A stretch of DNA of 63,247 nt, counting the filler, from Saprolegnia diclina VS20 (taxonomy: Eukaryota): assembly GCF_000281045.1 (NCBI RefSeq). It is 3 parts of 2 records of this genome, joined end to end, with 100 filler letters (N's around TTAATTAATTAA, not from the genome) between each part and the next. Parts side by side here need not be neighbours in the genome. Positions count along the whole stretch, not along the records: positions 46,500 to 63,247 come from NW_008246095.1; 2 more parts are not named here. One strand, 5' to 3'. Shown one piece after another: positions 50,001 through 62,315 of this stretch. Every line of letters begins with the position of its first letter. The stretch's first letter is position 1. The position numbers and the translations under genes were made by a program. The notes below the pieces were generated by a model that saw only the letters and a program-made list of their open reading frames with translations, searched no databases and was not told the DNA's origin.

Positions 50001-53000
50001 GCGTGCTGCAGCGTGCTCTTTGAGACGCTCGATGCGCCGGTCGCGATCCAGTACTGCCTCGACGGCTTCAAGCATGCGATCCACCTCAGCGCGCGGTATT
50101 GACAAGCTGTCTTTCGCATTTCAAGGCGATGTGGCGTAGGCTCGGCATGAACTCGGAGCGGGACGCATTCGTGTCGATCTTGGCCAACTTTACCGCGGTC
50201 CAGCACTCGGCGACGCGCGAGATCCGCGGGAAGCACATCGAGGCCATGAAGACACTGGTCGCGATCGCGGTCAAGGAAGGCAACTTCCTCGGGGACTCGT
50301 GGGTGCGTGGTATCTCTTTTGCGTGCAACATACAACGTTGAACGTTGTAGCGCGATGTGCTGCAAGCGCTCTCGCACCTCGCGCGGCTCCAGCTGCACGC
50401 CCAAGGGCTCCAGTGCGACACGCAGTTCTTTCCTGTGATCACGTCGCCTGTGGCGCCGACGCCCAACCCCAAACGGCTCTCTTCGTTTCAGACAGCGACG
50501 CTCCTCCTCAACAACCCGTTCACACCGAGCAACAGCAATGGCAGCTTTAGCAGCCATGCGTCGCCCAAGCCGTTCAAACCGCTGGTTGTTGCAGTTCCTT
50601 CATCTTTGGCTTGTGACGAACGGGGACGTAGGCGCCGCCGACCGAAGACAATACGGTTGTCACCGAAGCCCGCAACGCCCAGCGGCTCATGGACCAAGTC
50701 GACGGCCTCGCAAGCGACCGCGTCTTTGCGAGCTCGGCGCTGCTCTCGGACGCCGCCGTCCAAGAATTTGTGCTCGCGCTGTGTGTGGTGTCGCTGAGCG
50801 AGTGCCAAGGCCTCGCGGCCGTCGGCATCTCGGTGCGTGGCGCAGCGCTCTCTCTGCCCCGCGTCTTTTCGCTCCAGAAGCTCGTCGAAGTCGCCGATAT
50901 GAACATGCACGTGCGATCGCGCGTCGTTTGGGCCAACATGTGGAACGGTACTTGTTTCCACAATCTGGTTGGTATCTGGAATCTGGATTCTGGTAGTGCT
51001 CTCGCGCCACTTTACAGCGATTGGGTGCCACGACAACCTCGGCCTCGCCATGTACGCGATCGACTCGCTCAAGCAGCTCAGCATGAAGTTTCTCGAGAAG
51101 GACGAGCTCCGCGACTTTAACTTTCAGCGTCTCTTTTTGACGCCGTTCCAGATTATCATCTCGAACGCGATGGCGACCGAAGTTCGCGAACTCGTGCTCA
51201 GGTAAGCACCACATCTGGGATCTGGTAACGTCGAACTTTCGTGTAGCTGCGTGCAAAACATGATTCTGGGCCGCGTCGAGCACATCAAGTCGGGCTGGAA
51301 GACCATCTGGGGCGTGCTCCGTGTCGCAGCCGAGTCGTACGATCGCTTGGAAGAATCCGAAGACCGGGTCGTGCTCTTTGGCTTCTCCATCGCCAAGATG
51401 ATTCTCAACGACCATTTCGAGCGCGTTCTCGCTGTGCTCCAGGACGTCCTCGACACGCTTCTCCTCTTTGCGTCCGTCGGCAACGACGCGGCCGAGGCGG
51501 AGCGGCCCGAGCTGCACGCCATGTGCTTGGAGTCGATATCGCTTGTCGGTGTCTGTCTCGGGTACAGCAAAGGTGCTAGCACGTTGCTTTATGGACCGTA
51601 TGGATATAGACACGTGGCGTCCGGGCATGTGATCGAGCACCTGGACGTGCTCTCGCCGCGCGCCAGTCCGGCGTCGCACGACCTCGAGTATACGGACCAG
51701 ACGCAGCACACGCACGTGTGGTTGCCGGCGCTGCACCCGCTCTTTGTCCTCGCCAGTGATCCGCGCCAGGCCATTCGGTACGCTGCGTCGCACAACCGCG
51801 GCAGATTCGATCGTTTTCTAGGCACGCGGCGCTCGACACGCTGTATGGGAGCTTGCATTTGCACGGCCATGTGATTGGCGCGAGTCTTTGGCACGTCATC
51901 TTCAAGACGATTCTGATCCCGCTCATGGAGCACATTCGGCGCATCGAGACGCACTTGCCGTCGGTCTTCAACCGCAAGACATCCAAGAAAGCACTGCTGG
52001 CGCTTGTACACTTGTATGGCTCGTACTTCAAGGTCGTCGCGCACGTGCCCGAGATCGTGGTACGTCCACCGTTTATTTCGTTTGCAATAGTCCAACAATG
52101 GTAGCACCTTCTCGCGCACTGGCTCACGGACGAGCCGGAGGAGCAGCTGGCGTGCGCGGCAGCGATCGCGCTCGAACACCTCTTGCTCGAGCACGGCCAC
52201 CAATTCGACGACGAGATCTGGGCCAGCCTCACGTTTTCGCTCACGTCGATTGCGAATCATTTGGTGCCGCACTGGTCTGTCATCCGTTGTGCGCACGTGG
52301 TATGACTTGTCCCACGACTATCTAGGCTGTTTCCGCCGCCGACCGACGCCGCAGCGAGTACGACGACGCTCGCCGAGGCCGCCATGTACCCAAGCGTGCG
52401 CGCAGTCTTGTTTCCGACGACGTGGAACATTACCAAGACGCCGTCGCTCACGCACATGCTTGTGCTCCTCGAGCTCCAGCGCATCCTCGGCAACGTCTTG
52501 GTGCACATGCCGTCGCTGCCACGCCCGTGCTTCGAGTCACTCTTGGTAAACACTCTTGTTCTGTGTCGGTATTGATACTTTGATACGCTAGGCCTGTCTT
52601 CTCGACACGTGCGTCGTCGCGCGCCGCGTCAACGACGACATGGACGTGCGCCAGGCGCTGTATGCACTCGAGTGGCGCTACGGCAGCCTCGGCTCGGGCG
52701 AGCTCCCGCACTTGCTGTCGCAAGAGATTCTCGGGACGCGCGAGTACTTCAAAGTGCTCGTGCACAATCTAGAGGACATGCGCGGACCGTTTGCGGCGCT
52801 CGTACAGCGCACGTTGGCCGAGTACGCGGCGTGGAGCGCCGACAAGCCCGAGCCGACGTGGCGGAGCGTCGACCAGCACCAGCGGTCGTTTGGGTACGTC
52901 CCGCTCATCGTCGACATTCTCCAGTCGATCGCAACCTTTTCGGAAGACGAGGTATGCCTAGTCAGGAGAGAGGGGGTGCTATGCGGTGCGAGTAGATGCT

Positions 53001-53127
53001 GCGCCACTTGCACTGGCTCTACCCGCAGCTCATTGAGCTCATCAGCGCGCAAAGCATCGACGTCCGTCGGGCGCTCCGGGGCGTCTTTGCCTCGAGCATC
53101 CAGCTGCTCTTGCCGCTGTCGAAATAG
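47072..53127 (+). CDS. Large Sec7 ARF-GEF, BIG/Sec7 subfamily (many short introns)
   Basis: DCB (VQLQVLKAVLT), HUS (FLNYDCD), Sec7 FRLPGEAQKIDRMMEKFAERY and IIMLQTDLHNP, HDS motifs (FSLQKLVEVADMN, AIDSLKQLSMKFLEKDEL, IKSGWKTI). Confidence 0.95.
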
Positions 53128-53357
53128 AAGAAGCTACGAGGACATGAAAGAATTCGTCACGTCTTGAGTGTGTTGCCACCGTGTAGACAAGCTGTGAGGG
53201 CCACCAACCCTATCCCCATGTCCGACTCCTCCGGCTCTTCCCGGTGGGTCACTGGACCAAGGACAAACTTGCAGCTTGTGGAGACAGGTGTGAGGCGCGA
53301 GAGTAGACAGGAGGGTACCGTATTGTCCACGACTCCACGTACAAATCTGAAACTCCA

Positions 53358-53433
53358 AGTGGTCTGGAACCCTAATATGGTTCTAGACCACTGAACTACG
53401 TACCAGACATTATCTGGTACGTAGTTCCAGACC
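53358..53433. repeat. Two abutting hairpins between convergent genes
   Basis: 14-bp stem with one G-T pair (53358-53392) followed immediately by a perfect 15-bp stem with a 5-nt loop (53393-53427). Confidence 0.85.
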
Positions 53434-53613
53434 TCATATACAACCTCGCAGGTCCATACTAGCTCGTGTGTCGGCACCCAGCGACTAAGCGAATACGACG
53501 TGGGCGGTGGTGGCTTGATCAACGCATGTCCTCCTCGCTTTCCGCGCCGAACTTGAGCGCAAATAGGATTTAACACCACGGGAGCATGCTATTAAATAAG
53601 TAAAAACGGAGGT

Positions 53614-54903
53614 TTAGGCCGCGACCACCTCGACGTGGTCCGAGATCTCAATGTTGTCGTAGCCTTCGACGTCGAGGCGGTCCTCCGATGTCTGCGGCGT
53701 GAGCTCCTTGAAGAGAAACGACTGCGCGACAATGTCGTGCTGGCGCGGGCTGCTCAGCTGGAGCGGCATCGCGACCGAGTACTTGACGTGGTTGCCCATC
53801 TTCTCGTGCTTGGCGACGAGCACGATACCCACCATGACGAGCAAGAGTGCGCTTGGAAACATGATCCACTGCGCCATCGTAAACGAGTGCGCTTGCTGGA
53901 AGAAGACGATGCCACTAATGTTGCTCATGCCAATCCAAAAGGCCTGGAAAACGGGAAACGTGCTCATCGTGTCGCCGGCCATCGTCGCCTTGTTGAGCGC
54001 GTGCGTCTGCGTGAGGAGCGACGCGACCATGCCGGCCACGAGGATCCACGTGCCAATGTAGCGAAACTGGTTGTCGCCTTCGAGGCTCATAAAGATCAGC
54101 TCCATGACGCACTTGGCGAGCAGCACCGACTGCGCGCCAATCGTGCCAGAGATCGCGGCCCAGTACAGCGGCAGGTGCTTGTCAATGACGAGCGTGTGCT
54201 TTTGCGACGTGAGAATCTTGGTCTCTTTGAGCAGCCCCTTCTCCTCGACGTCGCTCAAGACAGGCGACGGAAACGGCGAGATCGTGCTACCCTCGCTCGC
54301 CGTGTCGTTCTTCGTGGACGAGGCTTCTTCCGCCGATCGCACGTTGCTCTCGAGGTCGGCGAGCTCCTTCTTGCGCACCTCGTCGGTAATGTCGACGACG
54401 CGAAGGGCGGGCGACGTTGACCGGCGCACGCGGAGCATGAGCGACGCGACAAAGACCGTCGTGCAGATCGCATAGACGATGAAGCCCGGGGCCTGCATGA
54501 GCATAAAGAGCTCGTTGACCGTGTACTTGCCCTCTTCGGACGAGGACAAGGCGAGGACCACGACGCCGGTCGAGACGAGCGCGACGCCAATCATGTCGGT
54601 AAAGTAGAGCTGCTGCTTGAGCCAGAAGCGAGCAATAAGGACGTTGGCGACGATCGTCGAACCGCCGCCGAGCGAGGCCACGAGCGTCTGCGGCGCAAAC
54701 CCGAGCGCAAAGAGGTCGCCGAGCGAGCCAAAGACCACCATAAACATGCCCAGCCACCACATCGGGCGCTTCGTGTACGGCCGCTGGAGGTGCTTGGGAC
54801 GCTCGTCCTCCTGCATGTGCGACCGCTTCTGGACGTTGACGCCGAGGTTCGAGCCGATGGCGGCGGCGATCGCGATCGTTGCGCCCAAGAAGTCGCTCTT
54901 CAT
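53614..54903 (-). CDS. NIPA-family magnesium transporter (DMT superfamily)
   Basis: NLGVNVQKRSH, MWWLGM, FAPQTLVASLGG, VLLAKC, PVFQAFW..SGIVFF. Confidence 0.92.
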   Translation of the reverse strand: MKSDFLGATIAIAAAIGSNLGVNVQKRSHMQEDERPKHLQRPYTKRPMWWLGMFMVVFGSLGDLFALGFAPQTLVASLGGGSTIVANVLIARFWLKQQLYFTDMIGVALVSTGVVVLALSSSEEGKYTVNELFMLMQAPGFIVYAICTTVFVASLMLRVRRSTSPALRVVDITDEVRKKELADLESNVRSAEEASSTKNDTASEGSTISPFPSPVLSDVEEKGLLKETKILTSQKHTLVIDKHLPLYWAAISGTIGAQSVLLAKCVMELIFMSLEGDNQFRYIGTWILVAGMVASLLTQTHALNKATMAGDTMSTFPVFQAFWIGMSNISGIVFFQQAHSFTMAQWIMFPSALLLVMVGIVLVAKHEKMGNHVKYSVAMPLQLSSPRQHDIVAQSFLFKELTPQTSEDRLDVEGYDNIEISDHVEVVAA

Positions 54904-56338
54904 CTCGGCGGCGCAAGTGTGTCAATGCGCCAGTTGCGTAAGTAACTTGACACGTCGAATGTTGCGGTTTAAAAACTCAGCACGCCGTTTTTCGTTTTAA
55001 AATACGTTTTTTATTACACGCCCTTACGGTAAGGGCCACCAGGAAGTGCCTCGCGTGAGAAACAAAAAAATATGAGTGTTCCTTGGAATAAAAATACGCT
55101 CGGGCGCCGACCAATCAAACGCGAGCACGACTGGCTCCATGTGGGGTTCGATGGGTCTGGCCCTTTTTTATTATTTTAGAAAGATTTTAATGAAGCTCGG
55201 TGTTTGTAGGAGATTGCATTCGATGTGGTAAAAAAAGTTGCGTACAATCACTCTACCCGTGCGCGAGATAAAATAACCAAGCACCGGATCTATTAATATC
55301 GCCATATTGCGCGGCAATATATTGGCGCGCCATACTCCAATCAAGATGGCGCGTGAATATATTTTTCCGATTGGAACATAGTATTATAATATTTGTTCTG
55401 GTGTGATGGCCGGCTCAGATGGTGGGGTGGCAGGTTCTGGGTTCGTCACGGGAGATGCGCCGCACGCTTCTACTCGTATGCCCGACTCCGTACCTCGGCC
55501 GTTCGCTTCCAATCTCTGCACGGCGATCAGATCTCATCGTCGTCGTCGACAGGTATGGCGTCGGCGCCCAAACGCCGCCCAAGTCCACCAGTGCTCCATA
55601 TCAGCTCTGAGCGCCAGAGCCTATCAGATTCATATCAGCTGCCTTTGCCTGTGCGTGCTGAGATTGCGCGAGATTGCTGCGGCTCGAAAAATGTTCGCCA
55701 CCATTCGCCCGTGTCAATGAATGGATGGATCCTCGTTGGACATTTGCAAACTGCAAAGTGTTCACGTTGCACAAGAGTTGAGCGGCCTCGGCTAACGACG
55801 GGGTCGACATCGTGGCTGATTGTAGTAGCTGCCTGTGACGGCCATTGCATACACCGTCGCCACAAAAAAGGACCCGCGCCCTCGGCGTTGCAACAGAGGG
55901 GCGGAGCGAACACAAGGAGTAGCTGAGAACCCCACGCGGCGTTCCTCGAGGCGCGAAACCACTTGGCGCAAATGTTTTCACTTGCGCATATTGGAAGCGA
56001 GAGCGCGCTCTCGGCTTGAATATCCTACGGTTTCGATGTATGTTTTGCGAGATTGCTGTTGCCGGCGCGCCAAAGATACGCTGCCGCCCGCCTGCGCTCA
56101 GTACCGCGGCCACCCGTTAGTGCATCTCGATGTGTATTGGAGTTCGTATCGTGCGCTCCTATCCAGCTCGCGCTGGGAAGATCCTTTGAGTTGCAAACGG
56201 GCGGCATCCGGTTACGGTGGGGACAGTGCAATCATGTGAGTTTTTGTATGGGCCGTCAGGCTCTCCGGATACGATAGGGCTGGCAAAGTTGTTCCAACAG
56301 CCTCTGATCTGTGACCTTGAACGTGGCGGCGACGAGCA

Positions 56339-58908
56339 ATGGTACGACCGCTCGCTGGCGATGGCTGGATGACCGCATCGTCTGCGTAGCTGCGCGAGCG
56401 CGAGATGGAGCTGGCTCTGCAGCAGATCGTCTATGAAGAGCAGGCCAAGATGAAGGCCTTGGGTACGCGCGATTCTGGACCCCAACTTGCACTGACGACG
56501 CGCATGGCGCAGGCTTTGTGGAAGCGTTCATTGGCACGAACGAAGCGAAATGCAGCGTCTTCCTCTCGTCGCAGTGGGAGCGCGTCGGCCGCCTCCTGCT
56601 CATCATTGTGAGCGGCAACGGGATCCAGCCTGGCATCTGGAGCCGCTCGTTGGTCATGGAGCCGCACGATACGAGCCGCCAGTACTACCGGTCGGGCTCC
56701 ATGTACGCCACCATTTCTGCACAGGTGTACGATGCGCCTGCTCATCATGTCGTCGTAGGCTCCCGTATTTGCACAAGGCCATCTCGCTCGGGTACGGCGT
56801 CATTGTGACCAACCCAAGCACCAACATGGTCATCACCAACCAAAACGAAAAGATCCCGATTCCGGGCTCGAGCAACCCGGAGGAGCACGTGCGGTACGTT
56901 TGTCTTTCTTCTTAAGGGTGCGTTCCTTATCACGTCGCTAGCTACGTCTGGGAGGCCTTTGGCGCCCAAGCGCGCTGCCACCAAGTGTACATTGCTGCCT
57001 ATGGCCGCGGCGGCGCGCTGGCCAAGCACCTCTTGACGACGCAGCCGTCCATGCGCCACAAGCTCGCCGCTATTGCGTTCATCGAGTCAAGCCACCGCGT
57101 CGGCGGCGACGACCCCGACGACGTCCGCGCCATCATTAGCACCCGCGCGATCAACTGGCAGCGCTCAAAGGAAGACCCGGGCCGCCAGGTCCGTTCCGGT
57201 GCTTTTAGACTTGTGTTGAGTGTAGTGCGGTAGCTGGCCGATTGCACGCAACTCGGGTGCCTCAGCCTCTCGGCGGGCGAGCCCGAGTACGCGCGCCACT
57301 CGAACGAGCAGCGGAGCACCAACACGGCGTGGACGATCGGCGCGAGCATGGAGACGGTGTTTGCCTTCTTTGACAGCGCGCGCGGGTATGACCTCGCGGA
57401 CGAGCAGCAGTACATGGAAGCGATGCAGAACCACACGCCGCAGCCGCCGCCGGCCGAGCAAGGGACGCACGAAGACGGCGACATGGTCATTGAAACCATC
57501 GTCGACCGCGACTCGCGCGTCACGAGTACGTAGTGCAAGATTGCACGTTGATACATTGATATTGGTAGGTCGGAGCATGGTCATTTCTAAGACAATGAGC
57601 GTCACGGACTTTGATTTGCTCAGCGTCGTCGGCAAAGGCGCGTACGGCAAGGTCTTTCTCGCCAAGAAGAAGGCCGGGCGCAACGCAGGTCGCGTCTACG
57701 CGATGAAGGTGCTTCGCAAAGACGACGTGTTCAAGAAGCAGCAGGTCGAGCATACGAAATCGGAGCAGCGCATCCTCAAGCACGTCGAGCACCCGTTTGT
57801 CGTACATTTGCGGTACACGACGCTTGTCTTGGCTCATTCATGTCATTGTGCATGCATTTTGCATGATTTTCGTGCAATTTTGCTTGCATTTTTGCGAATA
57901 TGTGCGAATATTGATGACATTTGACTAGGTATGCGTTCCAGTCCGACTACAAGCTGTACCTTGTCATGGACTACTACCACGGCGGGTCGCTCTTTGTACA
58001 CCTCAAGAAGCTCAAGCACTTCCCCGAGGCGCGCGCGCGCTTTTACGCGGCGGAGCTCGTGCTCGCGATCACGCATCTGCACAACTTGCACATCATGTAC
58101 CGCGACCTCAAGCTCGAAAACATCCTCATGGACGCGGACGGCCACATTGCAATCACGGACTTTGGCTTGTCGAAGGAGGACGACGAGGGCTCGACCTTTG
58201 TGGGCACCCCCGAGTACCTCGCGCCCGAGCTTTTGAGCTCCCAGCGCACGGCCACGTCGTACGGCAAGTCGGTCGACTGGTGGAGCTACGGCGTCCTCGT
58301 CTACGAGATGATTCGCGGCCAAACGCCGTTCTACGACAAGAACCGCCGCACGATGTTTCAAAACATTTTGACGCGCGACCCCGAGTTCTCGCCCGAGCTC
58401 TTTTCGCCGATCGCGACGCACTTTCTGAAGAGCCTCCTCGTCAAGGACCCGACGCGGCGCCTCGGCTGCGGCCGCAACAGCGGCCCCATGGACATCATGC
58501 AGCACGAGTGGTTCCGCGGCATCGACTGGCAGGCGCTGTACGACCGCCGCCTCGAGCCGCCGTTCCGCCCGCACATTGCGCAGACCCAAGACGCGCTCCG
58601 GTACGATCGATCATCCACTTGCTATCCATCAATCGGTTCTTATATGGCTATGCGAATGGATAGGTATGTGCCCCCGGGCTTTCTCCAGCAAGAGGTCGCC
58701 GACTCGCCCGTTGTCACGTCGATGCTCGACAGCAACGCGCCGGGCCGCCACACGATGCACTTTGAGGACTTTAGCTACATGGGCAGCGACATTATGGGTT
58801 CGCGGCGGACGTCGCTCTTCCGCGAAAGCGACTTTCGCATGGACATGGGTACGTGCGTCGCATAAGCTCTTATGGGCGACTGATGACGGCCTAGATGACG
58901 ACATGTGA
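56339..58908 (+). CDS. ARB2/FAM172A-like alpha/beta-fold domain fused to an AGC Ser/Thr kinase (multi-exon; start may instead be 56405)
   Basis: FAM172-like PGIWSRSL, GSMLPYL..GYGVIVTNP, SSNPEEHVRYVW; in-frame intron 57526-57568; kinase GKGAYGKV, YAMK, YRDLKLEN, DFG, TFVGTPEYLAPE, hydrophobic motif FEDFSY; final exon 58895-58908. Confidence 0.85.
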
Positions 58909-59306
58909 TCGTGACGCTACCTGCAGTGGCCGCTGTTAAGAGGAATGCACTGTTCTGAGGTCCGCGTTGTCGTTGGACCGCAGGAGCTATAAACATGTGG
59001 TGATATCACGTTGCAAAGTGATCCGCACGGTGACGCATACGACAATGTTGTTGGCATGGTGTCTTGGGTAAGAGCTATGGGCTTTGATATCGAGAGCAGT
59101 AAGCCATCGATGTATCGCTTCTGCCTCAAAGATTCAAGGCACACCACCTCGCTATCCACCCTACAGTACCGACTTGGGTAATGACAGCACGCTTGCGCAC
59201 GTCACTGGTACCAGGTAGTGCGCTGTCACGGCGTTCTTTGTGGCTACTTGTACCCAACTGACAGACGGTGGTCGCTGTCACTTACATTTCATTCGCTCCA
59301 ACGACC

Positions 59307-60425
59307 ATGTCGCCGCCCGATATCGGACGCTTCTACGCGTTCGTCCAGCGGCATTTGACGGCAGTGACGCTGCTCGTGATTGCACTTGCGGTGAGTCTGC
59401 TCCTCCTCGGGTCGTACGTCTTTGGGGCTGTCTCGTTTGACTGCAAGGACGTGGCCAACACGGCACTCTTGCCGGCGCCGACCAACTGCTACGTGGGCAC
59501 GACGCTCGGGTGGCTTGCCTCCGGCGTCTGGACCGCCTGCCTCCTCGCACAATTGCTCAAGGACGAGTTCTACTCGAAATGCCGCGGCCTCAGCATCCTC
59601 TGGGCGTGGATGAACTTCACCGCGGCGTCCCTCAATGGCCTCGCAGTCTTTTACTGGCGCCTCCCGCTCTTTGTCCGCGCGGTCGGCGTGGCCATGCCGC
59701 TGCTCGAGTGCCTCGTGCTGCATCAACTGTATCGTTTCCGGGCCTTCGACCGGACAAAGCCCGGCGCCTCGCTCTTGCCGCCGCTGCTCGACGCCAATCG
59801 CCACGGCGATGTAACGTTTACCCAGCTCATGTGGCGAAGCGCGATCAGTCTCTACGTGGTCGTGATGACGCTGGGCGCTTTGAGCTACCTCCATGTCTTG
59901 CCGATCGCGTTGCTGCTCGATGGCGGGATTTGGCTCGCGATTGCCTTTTGGAGCTGCGAAGGCTTTTTGCAAATGCACGTCAACTGGACCATCGACACGT
60001 GCGAAGGCCAGTCGTATTTTGCCTTGGGTTTGACGTTTTTCGGGAAATTGTGCGATTTTACGGTCCAAGCGACGCTCACGATGCCCGGCCGGTACCTTGT
60101 TTTGGCGTATTTTTCAACCGCTGCCGGCTTGCTCAACGTTGCGCAGTGCGTCTACATGCTCTCGCAGCGTGCCACGTCATCGCGAGGGCCCGCGTATGGG
60201 CTGTTGCTCTTTATTGCGCTGTACGCTGTGGGCTTTATGACGTATGTGGTGGTCGCTGCGCCCTTTCCGATCGATGCGACGGCGACAGACGCGTGGCTGC
60301 ATGCCGCCGCGCCGCGCTGGATTGCGCTGCTTGGGCCTCTGATCGTGGCGCTCGCCGCGAGTGCGGGCTATGTCCTTGCGCGCCGCCGAGGGATTCGCCC
60401 GATTACCTTTGCGTCTGTCGAGTAA
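59307..60425 (+). CDS. PQ-loop-like multi-pass membrane protein
   Basis: Two degenerate PQ-loop repeats (AQLLKD..SKCRGLS; LQMHVNW..TCEGQS) among many TM segments. Confidence 0.65.
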   Translation: MSPPDIGRFYAFVQRHLTAVTLLVIALAVSLLLLGSYVFGAVSFDCKDVANTALLPAPTNCYVGTTLGWLASGVWTACLLAQLLKDEFYSKCRGLSILWAWMNFTAASLNGLAVFYWRLPLFVRAVGVAMPLLECLVLHQLYRFRAFDRTKPGASLLPPLLDANRHGDVTFTQLMWRSAISLYVVVMTLGALSYLHVLPIALLLDGGIWLAIAFWSCEGFLQMHVNWTIDTCEGQSYFALGLTFFGKLCDFTVQATLTMPGRYLVLAYFSTAAGLLNVAQCVYMLSQRATSSRGPAYGLLLFIALYAVGFMTYVVVAAPFPIDATATDAWLHAAAPRWIALLGPLIVALAASAGYVLARRRGIRPITFASVE

Positions 60426-60712
60426 GACTAGCTAGTTTACCGTTTTTTGATATTGTTCATAACTCTTAGTCCTGCATTCCATCCAAGGGATGGACGTTGC
60501 AGCATGTTGGCAACAAGACACGCATGGCGCTTATGGCCGACGTGCGTGGGTGTTGCTTCTGCGTGCGGAGAGAGATGCGCCATTCCTGAAGTCAACGTCG
60601 GTTCTACCTCGGGCAACACCAACCACTACCTCGTACACGACGACGAGCATCGACCTCGTCGTTCGCTTTGGATGAGACGCCGCTCAATTCACTGCTTCAC
60701 CGCGTGGGATTA

Positions 60713-61357
60713 TTAGTGGAGACTGCCGGACTCTGTTTTCGCAAAGGGCGCATAGTCGGTCGTAAACTTGATTGGGCGCTCGCTGTCGCTGAGCCAGACG
60801 TACGCCATGACGGCGATCGCCGAGAGGTGCACGGGCGTGAGCACGCGGCTCTTTTGCAGAAAAATCGACTGCCACAAGAACGCGTAGCTCATCGTGTTGG
60901 CGGCGGCCGCAACATGCGCCGTCGCGCGGTCGGGGCGGTCGTGGGCCATGGCGTTCCCAGCGTAGTAGCAGTGGTGCCCCGTGAGACCGACGAGCCCTGC
61001 GAACGACGCCGTGTAGATGCGCGTGCTCGTTTGGAAGATCTTGGCCGGGTTGGGCTTGGTGATGACGCTGAGAACGCTGGAGGGCGCGGCGGCCTTGGAA
61101 GCGAGGAAGCGCGGAAGCTCGCGCTCGTACTGCACCATGCCACCGAGGCCCCACGTGATGGCGGACCACCCTTCGAGGAGCTTGGCAACCATGTGCTCGT
61201 CCTTGTGGGCCATGGGCAGCGACGCCGCCACGTAGGCCGCGTACCAGTCCATGAAGCCCGATGCGACGATGATCGGGTGGATGACCCGGAATATCGTGTG
61301 GGACGAGTTGGTGGGTGAGATAAGCGGCAGCGGCGGAGGCGGCGGACTCGTCGTCAT
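60713..61357 (-). CDS. Hypothetical membrane-associated protein (~214 aa)
   Basis: GC3-biased single exon, several hydrophobic stretches, CCAAT motifs upstream. Confidence 0.7.
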   Translation of the reverse strand: MTTSPPPPPLPLISPTNSSHTIFRVIHPIIVASGFMDWYAAYVAASLPMAHKDEHMVAKLLEGWSAITWGLGGMVQYERELPRFLASKAAAPSSVLSVITKPNPAKIFQTSTRIYTASFAGLVGLTGHHCYYAGNAMAHDRPDRATAHVAAAANTMSYAFLWQSIFLQKSRVLTPVHLSAIAVMAYVWLSDSERPIKFTTDYAPFAKTESGSLH

Positions 61358-62315
61358 GGCGGTGGGATCGCAAACTAGCACCTCGCGACAATTGGCTGGA
61401 AAATGGGCTGCTTTTTGACCAATCAAAATTGGTTGTTGTCGATTACTTGTGGGATGACGTGGCATCGCCCTGCGCATCGCAGCACATGACGGTATCGTGC
61501 TTGATGGACGTGGTCCCACTAACGCATCAAAAGATAGATATGCTAGCGCCTCGAGCAACTATCGGAGCACAAAAGCGAGAGGGTGGCAAAGAGGTCAACC
61601 ACGTACAAAGTACTGGTCGTGCATATGTACCAATACGTGTACCGTCCCACGTCAACGGTCTTCTCGAAACGCCAGGAGTAAAGACCAACGCAGGCTTATG
61701 ACCAATGCATGTGCATAGAATGTTCTGGGCGTTGTCCAGTCCAGATCCATCAAACAATTGGACTATTCATGATGGCCTGGCAGGCTGAATATGCGTGGGT
61801 GTTCTCGCCAGATCTTGGGAGTGCGCTGCGAACAGGGATCCATTTTATGGTGGATCCCACCGGCCGAGTCATAGCTCGCACGAGATCCTACGCGAGCTCC
61901 AGTACTTGGATACTCCGACAGAAGAGTGCAAATCGACGGGTGCGCTTGACATGTAGCGTAGTCGTTGCGCGGTGTCGTTGTGACAGTCATCGCTAACGTT
62001 TGTCAGCGCACGCTCCACGGCAGCTCTTGAGGCCACTCGACACGTGGTTGTACGACGTTCAGGTCACGGACATGGCTAGAAATAAGTTTGAGTAGGTTGA
62101 CTAAAGGGAAGCAGCCGGGACTCAAAGCTGCGCTTTCGATGCGCAGGTGCTCAGGGGTGGAAAGGGCATATGGGCTGAATCACCGCCCCTTGCTTAACCG
62201 GGGCCGGAAGCGGTTAGTTCTCGAAAAGATCATTTCGGCTCCTTGCGTCCCAAAACACACTTGGCGTGATGGCAAGTACTGGTTATTAGTACTGTTGAAG
62301 TAGCTCGATCATGGC

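Noticed and set aside
32065..53127. Functional trafficking cluster (DDHD/SEC23IP-like plus Sec7)
   Set aside because: Separated by unrelated genes and an artificial gap, so linkage is unproven.
55130..55170. GGTTCGA followed by a T-run, tRNA/Pol III-like
   Set aside because: No cloverleaf or acceptor stem could be built.
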